Source: Parcubacteria group bacterium (GTDB taxonomy: Bacteria > Patescibacteriota > Minisyncoccia > Minisyncoccales > JAQTPW01). Taken from it: DNA of 41,878 bases. The stretch spans positions 1 through 41,878 of the forward strand of contig JBDRLH010000018.1 of assembly GCA_043813215.1 (NCBI GenBank), given 5' to 3'. The translations under genes were made by a program, and so were the position numbers. Below the pieces are notes generated by a model, which was not told the origin of the DNA, searched no databases, and saw only the letters and a list, made by a program, of their open reading frames with translations. Below are positions 17,789-26,504 of the stretch, one piece after another. Numbering within the stretch: the first letter of the stretch is position 1; each line of letters starts with the position of its first letter.

Positions 17789-19160
17789 AATAAGCGTTTA
17801 TACGCCAACTTACAATTGTGCAAGATACTTAAAGACTGCCATCAATAGTATTCTTAAGCAGACCTATCAAGATTTTGAATTGATAATTATTGACGATGCC
17901 AGCAGTGATAATACTTGTGACATTCTCGATGATTATAAAAATAATCCGAAAATTAAAATATTCAGAAATGAAAAAAATATTGGTTTTGTGAGATCGGCGA
18001 TAAGAGCCATAGAGAAAGCCAATGGAGAATATATTATGAGATTAGACGCCGACGACTATCTCGATGAGAATGCCTTATTTGTTATGGCCAACATCTTGGA
18101 CAATCATCCGGAATTTGGAATGGTTTATCCCGATTACTTCGAAATCGACGAGAAGGGGAATATAATCGATTATTTCAGGAAAAACAAAATCGGAGAGGAA
18201 ATTAAATTAATGGATTTGCCGGCCAACGGTGCCTGCACATTAATGAGAAAATCCTGTTATAAATCTATCGGGGGATATCGTGACGATATCAGAATGCAGG
18301 ACAAATATGACATATGGATAAAATTCCTTAAAAAATTTGAGCCGTATAATGTAAATCTTCCATTGTTTTATTACAGAAGACACGGAGGTAATATTTCAAA
18401 TAATGCAAAAAAGATATTACAGACGAGAAGATATATAAAAGAAAAATTTATCGAAAAGAAATATAAAAAAACAAAGCCCAAAATTCTGGCAATAATACCC
18501 ACCAGGGCTAAATTTCCAATATACTCTGATTTTCCTATAAGAAAAATTGCCGGCAAACCTTTGATTTATTATCCAATAAGGGCGATAAAGGGGATTTCTT
18601 TGATTAAAAAAGCAATTTTTGTTACGGAAGATAAAGACTTAGCAAAAGAAGCAAAAAAGCATAATATCGAAACCATGATAAGGCCGGAAGAACTTGCCAC
18701 TTCCAGAATAGGCATTGAACCCACTATAAAATATGTTCTTAATCAAGTGAAGAAAAAAAATAAATTTATTCCGGATATCGTGGTAATTCTTTTTATAACC
18801 TCCCCCCTCATTACTTCTGAGCACGTAAAAGCGGCGATCGATACCCTGATGATTTATGATGCTGACAGTATAATTTCGGTTCAAGAAGATAAAAGATTTC
18901 ATCATAAACACGGAAGGTATGGCTTGGAGCCGATTTTTGAAAAAAGATTGCTACGCCAAGAAAAAGATTTGCTTTTTGAAGAAATTGGTTCCTTGGTAGT
19001 GACCAAAAGAAAATTTATAACAGATAAAAATTTGTTTGGGAAAAAAATTGGGCACATCGCTTTGGCCGATGAGGAGGCGATAGACATTGATAATAAATTT
19101 AAATTTTGGTTGGCCGAGCAGATTATTAAAAACAGGAATAAGATTAATAAATTAACTTAA
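17781..19160 (+). CDS. Fusion protein: N-terminal GT2 glycosyltransferase + C-terminal NeuA/KdsB-like cytidylyltransferase domain
   Basis: aa 1-230: ISVYTPTYNCARYLKTAINSILKQTYQDFELIIIDDASSDNT and RLDADD (DxD). From aa ~235: ILAIIPTRAKFPIYSDFPIRKIAGKPLIYY, VTEDK, ILFITSPLITSEHV. The domain boundary is near nt 18474. Confidence 0.65.
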   Translation: MPKISVYTPTYNCARYLKTAINSILKQTYQDFELIIIDDASSDNTCDILDDYKNNPKIKIFRNEKNIGFVRSAIRAIEKANGEYIMRLDADDYLDENALFVMANILDNHPEFGMVYPDYFEIDEKGNIIDYFRKNKIGEEIKLMDLPANGACTLMRKSCYKSIGGYRDDIRMQDKYDIWIKFLKKFEPYNVNLPLFYYRRHGGNISNNAKKILQTRRYIKEKFIEKKYKKTKPKILAIIPTRAKFPIYSDFPIRKIAGKPLIYYPIRAIKGISLIKKAIFVTEDKDLAKEAKKHNIETMIRPEELATSRIGIEPTIKYVLNQVKKKNKFIPDIVVILFITSPLITSEHVKAAIDTLMIYDADSIISVQEDKRFHHKHGRYGLEPIFEKRLLRQEKDLLFEEIGSLVVTKRKFITDKNLFGKKIGHIALADEEAIDIDNKFKFWLAEQIIKNRNKINKLT

Positions 19161-19184
19161 ATAATAATTAAATAATTTAAATAT

Positions 19185-20009
19185 ATGCAAGAAAACACAA
19201 ATCAATTCGCGTTGCGCAGGCAGTGGGGGCCAAATTTTAATATCCCTAATGTTTTAAAAACTAATTTTGAACAACCATCGGAAATGGTGGTAATTGGCGG
19301 TCCTTGCGCTATTGAGTCTCCTGAGCAAATTGATAAAATTGTTCCGGAAATTTCAAAAGAGGTGACTTATTTCAGGGGAGGAGTTTTCAGGGCCGGCACA
19401 TATCCGCCAAAAGAAATTGGCTGGAACTGGGATTTATTAAAGTATTACAATCAAAAAGCAAAAGAATTCGGGAAAACAAATGCTGTCGATGTTTTGGATT
19501 TAAGGGATATCGATAAAATTGAACCTTATCTTGGAGCTTTTCAGGTAGGGATGAGGGCGGCTCAAAATTATGTTTTACTGGATGAATTATCAAAGCAGGA
19601 AAAACCGGTATTTTTAAAAAGAGGCGCTTGGGAAAAGTTAGACGAATGGCTTGGTTCTTTAGAATATTTAGTCAAAAGAGGAAAGAAAAATATTTATCTT
19701 ATTGAAAGGGGCATTGTCGGTTTTGACAACCATACGAGATATACTTTGGCCATATCTTCCATTCCCTCAATTAAAGCTATTTGCAACGTGCCGATTATTA
19801 TTGATGCCTGTCACGGAACAGGCAGAAGGGATATAGTGCCCGCTATGACTTATGCCGGAATCGGGGCCGGCGCCGCCGGAATTTTATTGGAAACTCATTA
19901 TGATCCAGAAAATGCCATGGGAGCTGATGCAGCCCAAACGATTAATTTCCAAACTTTTCACAAGACAGTGGCAAGGGCAAAAGAAATTTATGATATTGTC
20001 AGAAAATAA
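19185..20009 (+). CDS. DAHP synthase type I-beta / KDO8P synthase-fold PEP-utilising aldolase (divergent)
   Basis: IGGPCAIES, FQVGMRAAQNY, FLKRG, IERGIVGF..TRYTL, IIDACHGTGRRDIV, LLETHYDPENAMGADAAQ. The metal-ligand pattern Cys41/His210/Glu236/Asp248 is retained. The canonical KPRT(S)P motif reads RAGTYP (aa 69-74). Confidence 0.65.
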   Translation: MQENTNQFALRRQWGPNFNIPNVLKTNFEQPSEMVVIGGPCAIESPEQIDKIVPEISKEVTYFRGGVFRAGTYPPKEIGWNWDLLKYYNQKAKEFGKTNAVDVLDLRDIDKIEPYLGAFQVGMRAAQNYVLLDELSKQEKPVFLKRGAWEKLDEWLGSLEYLVKRGKKNIYLIERGIVGFDNHTRYTLAISSIPSIKAICNVPIIIDACHGTGRRDIVPAMTYAGIGAGAAGILLETHYDPENAMGADAAQTINFQTFHKTVARAKEIYDIVRK

Positions 20010-20010
20010 T

Positions 20011-21096
20011 ATGAAGCGAGACCTAAAAATTTTAGCAGATTTAGAAGAGAGGCTTGAAAAGTTTTTGGCTTTGGCAAAAAACGAAATTCATTCAAAGCCC
20101 TGGCTGGTCGTCGTGCTGATGCACGAGTATTACAGGAATCTTTATCCCCAAGATCCTTATCTTCCGTTTGACAAAAAAATATCAAATACAAGTAGAATAA
20201 AGTCTGTCTTAGAAAAGAACATTGAAATTTTAAAAAAGACAGATTATATTAAATCCTATTTTCCTAAAATTACCAGTTTGGATAATTTTGTGTCGGAAAA
20301 GCTTGATAATTATAAAAGTAAAACAAAAGGAAAAACTCAAAAAGTTTATGATATGCTCTGGAAAAAATTCAGCACAGCAAATTATTTGGAAGAAGCAAAA
20401 AGAATAATCATTGATAGGTTCAAAAACAGTAAATTTAATTTCCCGAAACTTAAAGGCAAAACGATCTTAGATCTCGGATGCGGGAGTGGGAGATATACAA
20501 TTGCTCTTACTTTGTTGACCGGAGCTAAAAAAGTTTACGGGATTGATTTAGACAGAGAGTCGATTAAAAGATGTAAAAAGATCGTAAATAAGGCAGGAAT
20601 TTCAAATATAGAATTCAAAGTTGCGGATGTTTTAGATATTCCCTTTGAAGATAATTTTTTCGATTTTATTTTTTGCAATGGCGTCTTGCATCATACTCTT
20701 GATATGAAAAAAGGGATGAGGGAATTTTATCGAGTATTGAAACCAAAATCCCGCGCCTATTTATATTTATATGGCGATGGAGGGATTTTTTGGCAGACAA
20801 GAAAAATGGCGCCTAAAATAATGAAAAAAATTCCTCAAGAATATACAATGGCAGTTTTAGACATAATAGGATTACCTAAATCACGTTTTTTATTCACCGA
20901 TAATTGGTATGTTCCCTTAGAACGACATACCACTAGAAAATATCTGGAAAGTTATCTTAAAAAAATAGGATTTTCAGCAATAGAAAAAATTATAAGCGGT
21001 CGACCTACCGACCTTGATAGTGTTGTCGCGCTTAATCATCAGGATTCGAAAATCATATGGGGCGACGGGGAACTTCGGTATTTTGTTGAAAAATAA
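20011..21096 (+). CDS. Class I SAM-dependent methyltransferase with a ~190-aa N-terminal extension
   Basis: The track ORF starts at 19852 inside the previous gene; ATG 20011 lies 1 nt after the upstream stop. ILDLGCGSGRYTIAL (motif I), YGIDLD, FDFIFCNGVLHH, LKPKSRAYLYLYG. Confidence 0.7.
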   Translation: MKRDLKILADLEERLEKFLALAKNEIHSKPWLVVVLMHEYYRNLYPQDPYLPFDKKISNTSRIKSVLEKNIEILKKTDYIKSYFPKITSLDNFVSEKLDNYKSKTKGKTQKVYDMLWKKFSTANYLEEAKRIIIDRFKNSKFNFPKLKGKTILDLGCGSGRYTIALTLLTGAKKVYGIDLDRESIKRCKKIVNKAGISNIEFKVADVLDIPFEDNFFDFIFCNGVLHHTLDMKKGMREFYRVLKPKSRAYLYLYGDGGIFWQTRKMAPKIMKKIPQEYTMAVLDIIGLPKSRFLFTDNWYVPLERHTTRKYLESYLKKIGFSAIEKIISGRPTDLDSVVALNHQDSKIIWGDGELRYFVEK

Positions 21097-21105
21097 TAAA
21101 AAATT

Positions 21106-22959
21106 ATGTGTGGAATTTTTGGAACAATAAATAGTAAAAAAACCAAAGAAATCGGCCGGATCGCCTTTGAACTTTTGCGTCACAGAGGTCCTGACGACAG
21201 GGGCATAATTACTTTTCCCCAAGGCATGATGCTGAATACAAGGCTGTCTATTATTGATTTGAGTCCGACTGGCCACCAGCCGATGGTAAGTCGCGATGAG
21301 AATATATATCTAGTCTTTAACGGAGAAATATACAATTACCTTGAACTGAAAGATGAATTAAAAAGAGATTATATTTTTAGGACTAATACCGATACGGAGG
21401 TTATAATAGCTGCTTATCAAAAATGGGGTGAAAATTGTCTGAATAAATTTCGGGGGATGTTTGCTTTCGGGCTTTGGGATAAAAAACAAAAAAAGCTTTT
21501 TTGCGCAACAGATCGTTTTAGCATTAAACAGATATATTATTATTGCGATAAAAACACTTTTATTTTTTCTTCGGAAATAAAACCTATTTTGGCGAGTGGC
21601 GTAAAAGCCAAGCCAAACGACCAGGCTATTTATGATTTTTTATCGTTTGGATTCCAAGACCATGATGAAAATACTTTTTTCAAAAATATCTACCAACTGA
21701 GGCCCGCTCACTATCTTTTATTTAAAGACGGAAAGTTAAAAATGAAAAGATATTGGGATAAAAAAGAAGAAGAAATAGGAATTCTTAAGGAAAACAAAAA
21801 AGAAATTTTAAATAAATTAGATAAAAAATTAAGAGAAACAATCGCTTATCATTTAAGGAGCGACGTGGAGGTGGGATTAAGTTTGAGTTCAGGCTTGGAT
21901 TCAAATATGGTGAGAGCGATAGCCACTGATTTACTCGGTTCCTCCAAAAGAATTAAATGCTTTAATTTTAGTTTTGTAAATACTATTTATGACGAAAAAG
22001 AAAGATTGGTTAAACTAAATTTAAAAGATAAAAGATGCGATTTTTATTCGACTCCCATAACGCCTGACGATTTCTTTAAAAATTATTCGGAATTGATTTA
22101 TATAATAGAGGAACCGATCAGCGGATTGGGGATTTATGCTTATTGGCTGAATTGCCAGCACGTCCACGAAAGAGGAATAAAAGTATTGCTTGACGGACAA
22201 GGAGGTGATGAGGCCTTCGGGGGATATAAATATTATTATTATCACAGGTTTCTGAATCTCTGGAAGAGAAAACGCCTTAAAGAGCTACAAGAAGAAATAA
22301 AAGCTTTCAATTTAATAAACCAAGACAATATTAAATTTCCAGACGCTGATTTTGATAAATTTCTTCAAAAGAATACAATCTTCGGAGCGATGAAAGCTCC
22401 CGATGGAACATCCTTGGCAGCTGACTATTTAGCTTCTGGTTTTGCTAAAAAATTCAAGAAAAGAAACATAAAACCAGAAAAAAAATTCGAAAGCTCCCTG
22501 AGGAATGCAATCTATAACGATCTTATTTATTTCAAAATTCCAAAATTGCTACGTTTTCAAGATAAAGCCTCAATGTCATGGTCGGTGGAAACAAGAGTCC
22601 CTTTTTTAGACCATGAATTAATTGATCTTGCGTTTTCTTTGCCGGAAGAATGTCTTTTAAGAAATGGAGTAGGCAAATATGCATTCAAAAAGATTGGCGA
22701 AAGATATATCGAGCAATCTTTGATGAAAATTCCGAAACTCTATGTAGCAACTCCGCAAAGGGAATGGATAAGGCATGATCTTAAAAAAGAAATAATCAAA
22801 ATGATTGATGATTCGGTTTTGCAAAAAGAAGGGTATGTTGATGCTAAAAAACTAAAAGCAGAATACAACAATTATCTTCAGCAAAAAGACTTGGGAAATT
22901 CATTTTTTATTTGGAAATTTTTTTCACTAGAGCTTTGGTATAGAAATTTTATTAGATAA
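21106..22959 (+). CDS. Asparagine synthase (glutamine-hydrolysing) family amidotransferase, AsnB-like
   Basis: MCGIFG N-terminus (Cys2 Ntn nucleophile), RGPDD, FNGEIYNY, SLSSGLDS PP-loop. Length 617 aa. Confidence 0.8.
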   Translation: MCGIFGTINSKKTKEIGRIAFELLRHRGPDDRGIITFPQGMMLNTRLSIIDLSPTGHQPMVSRDENIYLVFNGEIYNYLELKDELKRDYIFRTNTDTEVIIAAYQKWGENCLNKFRGMFAFGLWDKKQKKLFCATDRFSIKQIYYYCDKNTFIFSSEIKPILASGVKAKPNDQAIYDFLSFGFQDHDENTFFKNIYQLRPAHYLLFKDGKLKMKRYWDKKEEEIGILKENKKEILNKLDKKLRETIAYHLRSDVEVGLSLSSGLDSNMVRAIATDLLGSSKRIKCFNFSFVNTIYDEKERLVKLNLKDKRCDFYSTPITPDDFFKNYSELIYIIEEPISGLGIYAYWLNCQHVHERGIKVLLDGQGGDEAFGGYKYYYYHRFLNLWKRKRLKELQEEIKAFNLINQDNIKFPDADFDKFLQKNTIFGAMKAPDGTSLAADYLASGFAKKFKKRNIKPEKKFESSLRNAIYNDLIYFKIPKLLRFQDKASMSWSVETRVPFLDHELIDLAFSLPEECLLRNGVGKYAFKKIGERYIEQSLMKIPKLYVATPQREWIRHDLKKEIIKMIDDSVLQKEGYVDAKKLKAEYNNYLQQKDLGNSFFIWKFFSLELWYRNFIR

Positions 22960-22963
22960 AATT

Positions 22964-23992
22964 ATGAAAAAAATAAAAAAACAAAACAATACTATTATTA
23001 ATTCTGGTTATTTCGAGTTTTTAGGAACAGATAAAATTAAGGACGGAGAGAAGTCTTTCGGTCCAGAATATTTTGCTTATCGTAAAAAATGGCGAGAATT
23101 TCCCGAAAAGAAAATTGTCGCTGATTTCCCGCTTCATTTAGATATTGAATCAACCAATGCTTGCAATTTAAAATGTCCAATGTGCGGCCGGAATTGGATG
23201 AAAGAAAAAATCGGCTACATAAACTGGAATCTTTTTACTAAAATTATTGACGAAGCCGCAAAATATCATCTTCCCTCGGTTAAGTTTAACTACCGGGGAG
23301 AGCCCTTGCTTCATCCCGATATTGCCAAGATGATCAAATACGCCAAAGATAAAGGAATCTTAGAGGTTCAATTTAATACCAATGGATTTTTACTTAGCGA
23401 GAAGAAGGCAGAGGAATTAATTGATGCCGGCTTGGATAGAATAATTTTTTCTTTTGATGGGGCAACCAAAAAAACTTACGAGAAAATTAGAAAGGGTTCT
23501 AATTATGAACGAGTAATAAACAACATTAAAAATTTAGTTAGTCTTCGTAATGAAAAAGGATTAAAACGTCCCTTGACCAGAGTTCAAATGGTAAAAATGT
23601 CAATCAATGAAAAAGAAGTGGAAGATTTTATTCGGATGTGGCTTCCTATTTGTAATCGAGTTGCCATAAATCTTGAGGTTAATCTTTTAGGAAGCGAAGA
23701 GACTAAAACTAAAATACATTTTCCTTGCACTCAAATCTGGCAGAGATTAATGATTTGTTGGGACGGAGAAGTGAGGGTGTGTTGCAAAGATTGGTATGGA
23801 AAGCACCCCATAGGTAATGTTAAAAAAACAAGTATTTATAATATCTGGCACAGTGAAAAATTAAACAAAGTAAGGAAGTTTCATTCTGAAGGAAATTTTA
23901 ATCGGATTCCGGCTTGTGCTCACTGTGAAATGAATATTCCGAGATTGGATCTTAAATTGCAGAAACTCCTTAAAAAATACAACACTAAATAG
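22964..23992 (+). CDS. Radical SAM enzyme with SPASM/twitch-type auxiliary-cluster domain, paralogue B
   Basis: CNLKCPMC (nt 23162-23185), YRGEPLLHP, CTQIWQRLMICWDGEVRVCC and CAHCE. Colinear with 15972-16988 along its whole length. Confidence 0.75.
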   Translation: MKKIKKQNNTIINSGYFEFLGTDKIKDGEKSFGPEYFAYRKKWREFPEKKIVADFPLHLDIESTNACNLKCPMCGRNWMKEKIGYINWNLFTKIIDEAAKYHLPSVKFNYRGEPLLHPDIAKMIKYAKDKGILEVQFNTNGFLLSEKKAEELIDAGLDRIIFSFDGATKKTYEKIRKGSNYERVINNIKNLVSLRNEKGLKRPLTRVQMVKMSINEKEVEDFIRMWLPICNRVAINLEVNLLGSEETKTKIHFPCTQIWQRLMICWDGEVRVCCKDWYGKHPIGNVKKTSIYNIWHSEKLNKVRKFHSEGNFNRIPACAHCEMNIPRLDLKLQKLLKKYNTK

Positions 23993-24005
23993 TAAAAAAA
24001 GATTT

Positions 24006-25679
24006 ATGTCCCACCTTCAGTCAAAAATTTTTAAAATAATAAAAAAATTAAAAAATTTCGTACACAGGCACGAGACATTGGAAAAATCCCTTCTTTTTAT
24101 TTGGGGTATTTTTTGGATCTTTCGAGCAAAATTCATTTTTAGAAAGATAAAACATAATCCAGTAAAAAGAAGTTTTAAAGCTATTATTTTAGGGGTAAGA
24201 ACAATTCCCACAACAAATTTAGTTTATTTTGATGCGATTTTTGGGCACGCTTTTGAAAAGCTAGGCTGCCAAGTCCGCATGCTCTATTGTGACGGGCTTT
24301 TAGATTCTTGTGATGCTGATACAGTTTTCCGAAGTCAAAGACCCCAATGTTTTGTTTGTAAAAAATTGGGAGGGTTGGTAAAGGATGCCTTAAATCTTGA
24401 CTGTATTTCTTACTGCCAATACATATCAGAATCGGACATTAAAGAGATAAAAGAAAAAGCAAAGAAGCTTGATGAAAAAGATTTATTAAATTACAAATAT
24501 CTTGGGGTTGACGTCGGCAGGCATGCGCGCGCTTCAGCTATCAGGCATTTTCTTTTCGGAAAATTAGATTTGAGTAATCCTGCTCATATTGATTTTTTAA
24601 GGAAGAAACTTGTTTATGCGATGATTTCTACAAAGATAGCTGAAGGTCTTGTCGCCAAAGAAAAGCCAGATGTTATTTTTATGCTCCACGGAATTTATAG
24701 CACCTGGGGAACGTTTTTACATTATTTCCGCTCTAAGGGTATCGAGACTATTATTTATACCGAAATGTTGTTACGAATCGGTTATTTTATCTTTAATCGG
24801 AATAGTGAACAACACAGATTGGTTTCAGAAAAAATTTGGTCTGATTTTAGGCGTCTTCCCCTGAGAAAGGAAGAGGAGACAATGGTCGATGATTATTTTA
24901 CAAAGCGGTTTAAAGGAGATATGGGCGATCAGAAGATTTATGAAAAACATTTTGATAATAAAATTAAAAAACAAGTTCTTTTAGAATTTTTGTCAAAAAA
25001 GAAATATACTAGGCGGTATGTAATATATCCTAATTTGGCTTGGGATGGTCTGGTGGAGGGGCCGAAATCTAAAATTTTTAACAATATTTTTTCTTGGCTT
25101 GATGCGACAATCGAGTTCTTTAAAACAAATAAAGACTACCAATTTATCATAAAGCCCCCTCCGACGGAGCGCGTTTTTGAAAGATGCAGCAAGGATATCG
25201 CCGACTATATCATTGAAAAACACGGCCCTTTACCGGAAAATATAATCGTACTTAAACCGGATGTTCCCCTAAGAACACATGATTTGGTCGACCACAATAC
25301 AATTGGCATTGTTTTTAACGGAACCTGTGGGCTAGAATTGGCAGTGACGGGTATTCCTGTTTTGGTTGTAGCAGATGTCCATTACAGAGAAGCCGGTGTG
25401 GTTTATAATATTAAAACATTGGAGGAATATTTAGGATTGCTTGAAGATCCACAAAAATTAATTTCCTTTGCTAAAAATAACATTAAATTGATTAAAAAAT
25501 ACGCTTATTTTTACCTTTTTAAGACAATGATAAAAATTCCTTTTTATAAGAAAGATAAATTTGCAGAAATTGACTGGAAGATTGTAAAAAATAATGAGAA
25601 ATTATTGGGCGACAATAGTAATATAATAAAAATTTGCAGAAGAATTATAAATAAAGAAGATGTGGCAGAGCCATTGTAA
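24006..25679 (+). CDS. Orphan 557-aa protein, possible GT-B-like / capsule-biosynthesis-type glycosyltransferase
   Basis: Long ORF in a very AT-rich stretch. N-terminal hydrophobic segment LLFIWGIFWIF. C-terminal VFNGTCGLELAVTGIPVLVV resembles the donor-binding end of GT-B enzymes. No catalytic motif was identified with confidence. Confidence 0.3.
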   Translation: MSHLQSKIFKIIKKLKNFVHRHETLEKSLLFIWGIFWIFRAKFIFRKIKHNPVKRSFKAIILGVRTIPTTNLVYFDAIFGHAFEKLGCQVRMLYCDGLLDSCDADTVFRSQRPQCFVCKKLGGLVKDALNLDCISYCQYISESDIKEIKEKAKKLDEKDLLNYKYLGVDVGRHARASAIRHFLFGKLDLSNPAHIDFLRKKLVYAMISTKIAEGLVAKEKPDVIFMLHGIYSTWGTFLHYFRSKGIETIIYTEMLLRIGYFIFNRNSEQHRLVSEKIWSDFRRLPLRKEEETMVDDYFTKRFKGDMGDQKIYEKHFDNKIKKQVLLEFLSKKKYTRRYVIYPNLAWDGLVEGPKSKIFNNIFSWLDATIEFFKTNKDYQFIIKPPPTERVFERCSKDIADYIIEKHGPLPENIIVLKPDVPLRTHDLVDHNTIGIVFNGTCGLELAVTGIPVLVVADVHYREAGVVYNIKTLEEYLGLLEDPQKLISFAKNNIKLIKKYAYFYLFKTMIKIPFYKKDKFAEIDWKIVKNNEKLLGDNSNIIKICRRIINKEDVAEPL

Positions 25680-25690
25680 ATTTAAAGCAT

Positions 25691-26497
25691 ATGAAAGAAA
25701 TCAACTGCCCGAATTGTCAGAGCCAAAAATCTAAAATTGTCCTCGATGTTTCAAAAGAAAAAGATATATATTTGGATTGCTTGAAGATAGATTACAAAAA
25801 GATAAAAAAGCTTTATCTTGAATGTAAGGAATGCGGCTTAATATACAGAAATTCGGCTTTAAATGAGAAAGAGAAAAAATTATTATATAAACACTATAGA
25901 GATGAAAAATTTAAAAAAGAAAATAAATCAGATTATTTTTATAGAATTATTTCTTTACCCAAAAGACAGAGCGAAAACTATCAAAAATGTTTATTTTTGA
26001 AGAAATTTTTAAGAAAGAAAGGCAGTCTTCTGGATATCGGTTGCGGAGCTGGAGCATTCTTATATACTTTCAAGAATTATTATTTCGGCTGGGAAGTTTT
26101 TGGGATTGAACCGACCGAGGGGTTTGCCGATATTGCCAAAGAAAAGGGTATCAGAATTATTTATGGATATTTAAAGAAAAATACATTCAATAGGAAGTTT
26201 GATTTGATTACTTTAAATCATGTATTAGAACACATAGAAGACTTCAAGGAGATGCTGTTGTTGATCAAAAGATATTTTAAAAAAGACGGTTTATTGTATA
26301 TTGAAGTTCCTTCAGCTAGAGAAATAGGACGCGCTCCCAAATCTCACGATCAATTTATGTCTCCCCATCTTATTATTTTTTCTAAAAAGATTTTAGAAAA
26401 TATTCTGGCAAAGTTAGGTTATTCAGTAATAATCTCAGAGGATTTAAGATCAATAAGAAATTACAATACTGTCCGGATAATCGCTAAAATTTCATAA
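25691..26497 (+). CDS. Zn-ribbon + class I SAM-dependent methyltransferase
   Basis: CPNCQS...CKECG zinc ribbon, LLDIGCGAGAFL motif I, FDLITLNHVLEHIEDF. Paralogous to the C-terminal half of 38928-40487. Confidence 0.7.
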   Translation: MKEINCPNCQSQKSKIVLDVSKEKDIYLDCLKIDYKKIKKLYLECKECGLIYRNSALNEKEKKLLYKHYRDEKFKKENKSDYFYRIISLPKRQSENYQKCLFLKKFLRKKGSLLDIGCGAGAFLYTFKNYYFGWEVFGIEPTEGFADIAKEKGIRIIYGYLKKNTFNRKFDLITLNHVLEHIEDFKEMLLLIKRYFKKDGLLYIEVPSAREIGRAPKSHDQFMSPHLIIFSKKILENILAKLGYSVIISEDLRSIRNYNTVRIIAKIS

Positions 26498-26504
26498 TTT
26501 TATT

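Noticed and set aside
15972-23992. RiPP / lasso-peptide interpretation of the radical SAM-SPASM genes plus the AsnB homologue.
   Set aside because: No short precursor-peptide ORF, leader peptidase or ABC exporter is adjacent. The AsnB homologue keeps the Cys2 glutaminase nucleophile, unlike lasso cyclases. All intervening genes are sugar-nucleotide enzymes, so a carbohydrate substrate is the simpler reading.
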